Shown in pieces: positions 51,098 to 64,000 of a stretch of DNA of 64,000 bases. Made by a program: the position numbers and the translations under genes. This DNA comes from the human T2T-CHM13v2.0 reference genome, Homo sapiens. How positions within the stretch are numbered: position 1 is the stretch's first letter; the number at the start of each line of letters is the position of its first letter. The stretch lies in NCBI RefSeq assembly GCF_009914755.1, contig NC_060927.1. One strand, 5' to 3'. Below the pieces are notes generated by a model. That model was not told the DNA's origin, did not search any database, and was given only the letters and a program-made list of their open reading frames with translations.

Positions 51098-52639
51098 TCT
51101 TAGTTGATAAGATTATAATCTACTTACGAATTTTTAAAACTGTAAAATAGATGCATCTATAGTTATTCATGATGGCAGTTTATTTCTAATCGTGGTTTAG
51201 GCCAGTTTCTTTATCCATTTATTTTATTTTAATTGTTTTTGAATAAGTAATTACATTCTCATGGGTTCATTGAGTAGATATAAAAAGGTATGCAATGATA
51301 ACATTCTGCCTGTGTCAACCACTAATCAGCAAGTGTGTTCTCAGTTTTTTGTGTATGTATGACAGTTTACATACACATACAATTATGGAAGGACCTCATT
51401 TTTTTTTAATTTAATGTTTTTTTTTTTTTTTTTGAGACAGAGTCTCTGTTGCCTAGGCTGGAGTGCGGTGGCACAATCTTGGCTCACTGAAACCTCTGCC
51501 TCCCAGGTTCAAGTTCTCCTGCCTCAGCCTCCCGAGTAGCTAGGATTACAGGTGCATGCCACCATGCCTGGCTAATTTTTGTATTTTTAGTAGAGGTGGG
51601 GTTTCACAATGTTGGCCTGGCTGATCTCGAACTCCTGACCTCAGGTTATCTGCCCACCTTGGCCTCCCAAAGTGCTGGGATTACAGGCATGAGCCACCGG
51701 CCAGAAGGATCTCATTTCTTTTCTTCAATGAATTATGAATTCTAAATGAGGCTATTCAAATTTAAAATAATAGATTTCAAATTTCAACACAGTTTTTGGC
51801 TTGTAAGGATATGGGTTGGAATCATATTTAAATCTACTTAATAAAATCACTTACCGTGTTCTAAGAAAATCAAAGTTTTTTGGATGGGGGTTACCCAAAA
51901 ATTCATATCTTTGGATGGGGATGAGATTTGGATGTTTGAAGGTTGACTGTTAGAAGAAAAGGGTACAGGTAGAGAGTGCCATTATAGATTGATTAACAAG
52001 TTTATCTTGATCTTGATTTTCTGCTTTCTAATCTTCTAATCCATAATTATAAGCCTTGTAAGTGTATTTACTTCTTTATTTTGGAAACTTCTAGAAAAAT
52101 AGATGTTACATTTGTGACGTTTAAATATATGGAATTTGATGCCTGACATATTCCTTCTGCCTAGTTGAGATTATGGCCCAATTCCTCGTACAGAGAAACT
52201 TTGTTATGCTAAGTGTTATTATATAATAAGTGTAACTGGGTAGAAGGAATTTATATGTAGGGACTGATTGATGCTTGTATACCTGGATTAATGTCTTGAC
52301 TCTGCTCCAGGAAATAAAATTTTTGGCTGCAACAAATGGAACTGTGGGCCCAGATTAAATGAGTGGTGTGCCAGCAAAATGCTTTGTAAGGAGTTTGTGA
52401 TGGTTTGTGAATAATTTGAAAATAAATGCAAGCCTTAAGTAGGTTCACCAAGGATAAGGCAGATCAAATAAACCTCATTTCACTTTTTTAGGTAGGGTTA
52501 TTAAACATATTTTTTCATCAGAAGTCTCTTAGATTCTTTGAAAGCAGTATAATATTAGATTGAAACGTATAAAATTGCTGTTTTGTGGGTCAAAATGGAA
52601 ACAGTTTTTGAAACCATAAGTTTTACTCAAAGTATGTAG

Positions 52640-53510
52640 TATTAAGGCTTCTGCTTCTGGTCAAGTGGAGAACAGGTAACAAATTTAGTCTCTTACTTGA
52701 AACAAGCAAGAAATAGACAAAATATATGAAATAATGAAAAAAGTCATTGAATATCAGGCAATGAAGGGCAGAGATATCCGAGAGAAGGGAAGTAAGTAAG
52801 GTGAGCCCTACTGTCATCCAGCTTATTTCCTTGAGAATATTTTCAGGCTTAATGCAGGGAGGAGAAACTCAAGCAGAGCCTAGTGGACTTTTTGAGTTGA
52901 GGAGATAAAGTTGAGATGCTGGGCAGGCCAAGGTAACTAGAATTCACGGGACAGTGTACCAGAGGGGAGAGAACGTCATAGAGGCAGAACTGCAGAAATA
53001 ACAGAAGGTTCCTTTCAAGTATGTAGCTGAGTATTTATCAGTGTGTATATGTTAGGAAACTACCTGATGCCAGGGAAAGAGCCATCTGACAAAATGAGCG
53101 GTAACAGTGTCTGGTACTCACACAGGGACAGGAGTAGTACCTCGTCCCAGCAACCAGACTGAGAAAAGCCTTATAATTTCTTGAACAATGGAAAAACAGA
53201 GAACTTTTACTCAGTAGCAGGGAATACTTAGCCACAAACTGAACATTGCTTTAGTCCTGCATAACAAATCTTAAAAACAAAACCTTAAAAAAATATCAAA
53301 CTTTTTCTAAGTAACTTATCTGCATCCCAAACAAAGCTCAAGAATATGTATAGGGATATAGACATATCCAGCAAGATCAAATTAGCAATTTCTTGACTGT
53401 AATAATAAATTAGCAGCTAGGCAAGGATGGGGGGAAAAATGACCTATAATGAGGAGGTGAATCAATCAGTTAAAACCAATCCAGAATTGACCCAGATGTT
53501 AGAATTAACA
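52640..53510 (+). mobile_element. Old L1M 5'-region-like fragment
   Basis: ggcttctgcttctggtcaag start, aaacaaagctcaagaata and gacccagatgttagaatta motifs; family assigned by eye. Confidence 0.45.
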
Positions 53511-53570
53511 TCATCTCTACTAAAAATACAAAAAATTAGCCAGGCATGGTGGCGTGTGTCTATAGTCTCA

Positions 53571-54360
<790 letters not shown>

Positions 54361-54537
54361 TATAATTCCTTGACTTTTGCCAATGAGTTCTGTTCCTGCT
54401 GTGACTAACTGAAAAGGAACAACATGTAAAGAAAACATAGCACTTGGTGTCACTGTCAGAGGAAAGTTAGGATGCTTGATGTGATGGGAAGGAGTTAATG
54501 CATACCAGGGTTTTGCATGGACAATCTAAAGAGAAGT

Positions 54538-54660
54538 TGTGTGTGTGTGTACATCCATACATATACACATAGGTCGCGTATATAATGCCTGTGTGTGTAT
54601 GTGGATATATGTGAGTGTGTGTACATAAATATGTATGTATATGTGGATATATGTGTAATA
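54538..54660. repeat. Degenerate (TG)n/(TA)n microsatellite
   Basis: Seen directly. Confidence 0.7.
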
Positions 54661-55316
54661 AATAAATATACATGTTATAACTTAGGTCTAATTTCTGCCA
54701 CATGTACATTTTCACTTTTGGTGTAGAATACTATACTTTTCTATAAAATAGTTTTTACCATATTATTTTAAGCAATCATTTACTATTTTTTCCATTAACT
54801 GTTTATACCGTCTCTAGAAAGAGTGCTGACCTTTGCTTTGACTTCCTGACCGCAGTGCTCTTACTCACTGCCATCTCACTTGCTTCTCTGAAGAACAGGA
54901 AATTGTCAGAATGATACCAATCATTTTAACTCAATACAGGTTTAACCTTTTGTCACAGTTTGTGTACTTATTGAATAATGCTATATTCACAAAATTTCTC
55001 TGTCTTAGGTACCTATTTTGTCACCTAAGCAAAGACTAATAAGAAAATATTACAGGAATAATTTTTATTATGGGGAAATTTGGTACCCTAGAATATAATT
55101 TCCCCAGTTTTTTTTTAGTAAGCAGACTTTTATTAAGCATAAATTGGTCTTGTGTTTTTCTCCTTAAAATTGAGGATGGAAGGGGAATGGAAATTGCTTA
55201 TAAAAGGGGCAAATTTGACACTGCTGTGTATCTGTATATAGTCTTCTGGTTTTAACTTTTTAAAAATCTTCCTCATTCATTTCTTCTTGATTAATATTTA
55301 TTTTCTTTTTGAACAG

Positions 55317-55530
55317 GCAGTGATGGTTTCAGAAAATTTTGATATAGAGGCCCCTAACTATTTGTCCAAGGAGTCTGAAGTTCTCATTTATGCCAGACGA
55401 GATTCACAGTGCATTGACTGTTTTCAAGCCTTTTTGCCTGTGCACTGCCGCTATCATCGGCCGCACAGTGAAGATGGAGAAGCCTCGATTGTGGTCAATA
55501 ACCCAGATTTGTTGATGTTTTGTGACCAAG
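55317..55530 (+). CDS. PIGX: PIGX coding exon 4
   Basis: Acceptor tttgaacag|GCA, encodes AVMVSENFDIEAPNYLS...LPVHCRYHRP...MFCDQ (DIEAP and LPxHxRYH motifs of PIG-X/PBN1), donor AAG|gtgagg; 214 nt. Confidence 0.96.
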
Positions 55531-56095
55531 GTGAGGGCTGCAAGTGTTTTCTAAGGGTTGAAACATCAGAATAAAGGTATGGTGGCAAGTCCTCCTTCTG
55601 CTAGGCTGGCTGGCAAGGCCCTATGTCTTGACCTAGGTGGTAGTTACAAGGGTATTTATTTGCCTTATAATAATTCACTAAACTATGTATTTGAGTAGAT
55701 TTTTATGTGTGTGCTTTAATTTACAATAAAAAAGTTAAAAAGAAACATGCATCTGCCATCCCTGTCCTTGACTGCGCTGCCCCAACTGTCATCTCCTTCC
55801 CTCTAAGACGAACCCACCATCCTGACTGTTAAATACTTCCTTATGTTTCTTTATATGTTTATCATCCAGATGGGCATTCCAAGACACTATACCAAGACTA
55901 AGGTCTTGTCCATTTATAAAAATCTATTATTTCCATTAAGTCTCTTAATGTACAGGTTTCTCTCTATCCCTTTCCTTTCTTCAACACTGATCTGTTGAAA
56001 GAACCTGGGCCATTTGACCTGTAGTTGGTCATAGCTGGGGTTTTGCTAATTGGACTCATGTTCCTCATACTTCTTTATTTACTGGAAATTGGCAG

Positions 56096-56149
56096 CTGGC
56101 TCCAGAAGAATGATCAGATTCCGGTTTGATTCCTTTGACAAAACTATAG
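56096..56149 (+). CDS. PIGX: PIGX alternative 54-nt in-frame cassette exon (adds AGSRRMIRFRFDSFDKTI; 276-aa isoform)
   Basis: ggcag|CTGGC...ACTATAG|gtcagt; 54 nt, phase 1-1, no stop codon. Confidence 0.7.
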
Positions 56150-56464
56150 GTCAGTGCTGTGTTCTCTTCTCAGTAGCCATTTAATATTAGTAGGCATGTA
56201 CTATGTGTTTCTTTTTGCAGCCATTGGTCCACATTACCCCTCTGTTGCTTTTTGTTTCTTGTTATCAGTATTGCAGGACTCTGGCTTTTGATGTTTTGTT
56301 TCTACTTGCATGTATTTTGATGTTTGGGAAGATATTTTATCACCTAGTTTTGTTGCAGATTTTGTCTGTGAGTTTTTAATTTTGCTGCATAATTGTCGTT
56401 TCTGTTTTTATGTGGGAATGGGTAAACTGAAAAATTAGCTTTTGCTGCCGGGCGAGGTGGCTCA

Positions 56465-56944
<480 letters not shown>

Positions 56945-57352
56945 CTAATTTTTGTATTTTTAGTAGAGACGGAGTTTCACTATGTTGGCCAGACTAGTCT
57001 CGAACTCCTGACCTCGTGATCCACCCGCCTCGGCCTCCCAAAGTGCTGGGATTACAGGCGTGAGCCACAGCACCTGGCCAAGACATTTTCTTTAGTTTAC
57101 GAAGCCCCTTTCAGTTTTTGGTTCTTTGTGTCTTCAAATTTGGGTTGATTTAGAATGTTTATAAAAGTTAGTAGCACTGGGGCCAGGTGCAGTGTATCAC
57201 ACCTGTAATCCCAGCACTTTGGGAGGCCGAGGCAGGCGGATCAGTTGAGGTCAGGAGTTCGAAACCAGCCTAGACAACATGGTGAAACCCTGTCTCTACT
57301 AAAAATATAAAAATTAGCCAGGTGTGGTGGTATGCACCTGCAATCCCAGCTA

Positions 57353-57517
<165 letters not shown>

Positions 57518-57923
57518 TTAATACTACATTTGTTACCGTCATACCTTTCATGACGAGAAAATTAAAAATGTTCAATTATATTACCTTTGTTCATCCAACC
57601 TTGTTTTCTGTTTCTATTAAAGGTACCTCTTAGCATAAATAAAGTTTGAAAAAGTTCCTCTCCTGAGAGAACTGGATTCTGATATTCTGTCTTTTTATCT
57701 GAATGCTCTTTTATGGGTGTGTTTCATATGGAAATTTATCGAGTTTTGCACTTACGATATGTTCACTTTTCTGAGTGATGCTTCAAAAATAAGTTTACAT
57801 TAAATTTTTAAGAGCAGCCCCAAATTTGAGTACAATGAGATTCATTAAGAAGTCATGTTTGGCCAGGCGTAGTGGCTCACGCCTGTAATCCCAACACTTT
57901 GGGAAACTGAGGTGGGTGGATCA

Positions 57924-58203
<280 letters not shown>

Positions 58204-58385
58204 CTAATTTCTTAGGCATTCACATAAAAAAGGATGCTAAAATAACAGAATGTGATAGATGGGTCCAGATCATATACATAATGTATTAAAATGTTTGACA
58301 ACTTCTGTCTATTGAGGTTTAATACAAGCCTAGCTTTCAGTCCAAATACAGGTTTTCTGACATCATTTTCTACCACTTTTCTCAG

Positions 58386-58486
58386 AGTTCCCGATTTTGA
58401 AATGCTGGGCTCACTCAGAAGTGGCAGCCCCTTGTGCTTTGGAGAATGAGGATATCTGCCAATGGAACAAGATGAAGTATAAATCA
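58386..58486 (+). CDS. PIGX: PIGX coding exon 5
   Basis: Acceptor ttttctcag|AG, encodes EFPILKCWAHSEVAAPCALENEDICQWNKMKYKS, donor TCA|gtaagc; 101 nt. Confidence 0.95.
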
Positions 58487-58533
58487 GTAAGCTAATGTTT
58501 TATGTTGTTTTTTAGATCATGTGCCTCATTTAA

Positions 58534-58962
<429 letters not shown>

Positions 58963-59592
58963 TGAACATACAGTTGGGAAGATGGATGACTCTGCAATCT
59001 TATGCAGTGTAGAGTTGTTTTTGAGTAGGTTGCCATTGCCATATGGTACCTGAAAATTTTTCTCAAACTCTAAAATACATCTGGAGACCTGCATTTGATT
59101 GATTATGTCAATGAAGAGTATGCTTAGTGTTTATGATTTATTGATTTAGCAAATTAGTGTGTATTGCTACAAGATAAGTAGTGACCCTTTTAAAACATTT
59201 TGAATTCAGTTGTCCTTATTTATTTATTTATTTATTTTGAGACAGAGTCTCGCTCTGTTGCCCAGGCTGGAGTGCAGTGGTGCAATCTTGGCTCACTGCA
59301 ACCTCCGCCTCCCTGTTCAATCAGTTCTCCTGTCTCAGCCTCCCGAGTAGCTGGGACTATAGGCGCCTGCCACCATGCCCGGCTAATTTTTGTATTTTTA
59401 GTAGAGACGGGGTTTCACCTTGTTGGTCAGGCTGGTCTCAAACTCCTGACTTCAGGTGATCCACCCCCGTCAGCCTCCCAAAGTGCTGGGATTACAGGCG
59501 TGAGCCACCACACCTGACTTCAGTTGCCTTTAAAATTCTGTAACTTGCCATAAGAGGTCATAATAATTTAACACTTTAAATATAGCTTTTAA

Positions 59593-59940
<348 letters not shown>

Positions 59941-60896
59941 TGAGCCACTGCACCCGGCCAACTTTATATATATTTCATCTTCATATATACCAGAAAAATA
60001 GGTGGCCATTACTAAGGTGGTATTCCATCCCAAGGATTGTTGAAGATGTCATTTTTTTGAATGACGGTTTTCAGATAGCACTTTGTTGCAGATTGGGTTG
60101 GTTACTTGTATTTTTTGGGGTGTGAAATCATAATTCAGGTATTTACAAAAAGAAAAAGTATTCCCAAGTTACGTACATTTTAATGTTTTTTAAAACTTAT
60201 TTTTAAAGTATAAACTTTCCCAGTGTTTTTCATTGAACTTTATCTTCAAAACCAAATAGAAAATAGAAACTGAGTTGAATGTAGGAGCTTTTCCATTGCT
60301 AGTCATAGTAAAGGCCACATCCAGCTGTACAATATGGGAATAACAAGGCTTTAAAAGCTATCTGGGGAGAGAAAGGCAAATGGGAATGAAAGAATAATTT
60401 AGTTTTTTGTTGTTTTAATGTTTTTCCTCTAAGTCTTCAATTTAGAGAGAATTCTGTATTCTAATTTGAAACATGGTAAGAGGAAGTAAATGTTTATATT
60501 GATTACAGAGGTGACACTGGGATATAGCTTTTCTTAAAATAATATACTTTATGTAAAAAGCAGAAAAATCAGAACTAATGAGATTTAACAAATTATTGTG
60601 GGAATTGAGTCTGATTCTGTAACATTAAATGAAATGTTAGATTCAAAAGTCATTCAAACCAATAATATTACATGTAGTGTAGCACTGGCTGAAATATATT
60701 TAAAAGAAAAAGGAAATAAAAATATCCAATTAAAAATCAAAGAAATAGTGGTCTCACCTTATGACATTTATTTTATTTTACTATTTTTATTTATTTATTT
60801 ATTTATTTGAGACAGAGTCTTCCTCTGTCTCCCAGGCTGGAGTACAGTGGCACGATCTCAGCTCACTGCAAACCTCCGCCTCCCGGGTTCAAGTGA

Positions 60897-61019
<123 letters not shown>

Positions 61020-61138
61020 TGACCTCAAGCGATCTGCCCGCCTTGGCCTCCCGAAGTGCTGGGATTACAGGCATGAGCTACCACACCGGGCCCATGACAT
61101 GCATTTTCAATGTCTAACTTCTCTCTCTCTCTCCATAG

Positions 61139-61282
61139 GTATATAAGAATGTGATTCTACAAGTTCCAGTGGGACTGACTGTACATACCTCTCTAGTATG
61201 TTCTGTGACTCTGCTCATTACAATCCTGTGCTCTACATTGATCCTTGTAGCAGTTTTCAAATATGGCCATTTTTCCCTATAA
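61139..61282 (+). CDS. PIGX: PIGX coding exon 6 (C-terminal transmembrane helix and stop)
   Basis: Branch-like ctaac, (CT)n tract and catag|GTA; encodes VYKNVILQVPVGLTVHTSLVCSVTLLITILCSTLILVAVFKYGHFSL-TAA. The six exons sum to 112+64+142+214+101+144=777 nt = 258 aa + stop, the size of PIG-X, the PIG-M-stabilising subunit of GPI mannosyltransferase I. Confidence 0.96.
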   Translation, partial: VYKNVILQVPVGLTVHTSLVCSVTLLITILCSTLILVAVFKYGHFSL

Positions 61283-63400
<2,118 letters not shown>

Positions 63401-63438
63401 CTTGCTTAGATAAATGGTTGCAGATGACATCACTTTTA

Positions 63439-63672
<234 letters not shown>

Positions 63673-63812
63673 TCACAAAAAAAAAAAAAAAAGGGAAAGA
63701 AAAAGAAAGAAATATACCTTTTAAGGAGTTCCTTTAGTGTGTCTCTGTTGGTAGCTTGTTTATGTTTGATGATATATTTATTTCATCCTCACTCATCTGA
63801 TGGATAATTTAG

Positions 63813-63998
<186 letters not shown>

Positions 63999-64000
63999 TT

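Overview
Alu-saturated primate (human-like) genomic DNA containing two complete, divergently transcribed genes that share a CpG-island promoter at about 39.4-40.3 kb. CEP19 is on the minus strand (non-coding exon 1 plus two coding exons, 163 aa). PIGX is on the plus strand (six coding exons, 258 aa, CUG-initiated, with a 54-nt in-frame cassette exon). This pair matches the known human 3q29 locus. The first ~33 kb is intergenic: Alus, old L1/L2/MIR/CR1 fragments, a MER11 solo LTR nested in an Alu, MER30 and MER5A DNA transposons, a strong CTCF motif, a 1.2-kb C1-3A-like repeat and a 33-bp VNTR. A U6 retrocopy lies in CEP19 intron 1. Nearly all ORF-track entries are Alu or repeat artefacts. The most interesting signals are non-canonical translation initiation at both genes of the pair (PIGX CUG start; CEP19 spliced uORF shielding an overlapping out-of-frame ORF), an apparent gene-conversion tract between closely spaced inverted Alus next to an orphan YY1/RFX promoter-like element, and a templated-insertion repair scar. 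I found no convincing wholly new biological system. Repeat subfamily calls were made by eye and need RepeatMasker/Dfam confirmation.
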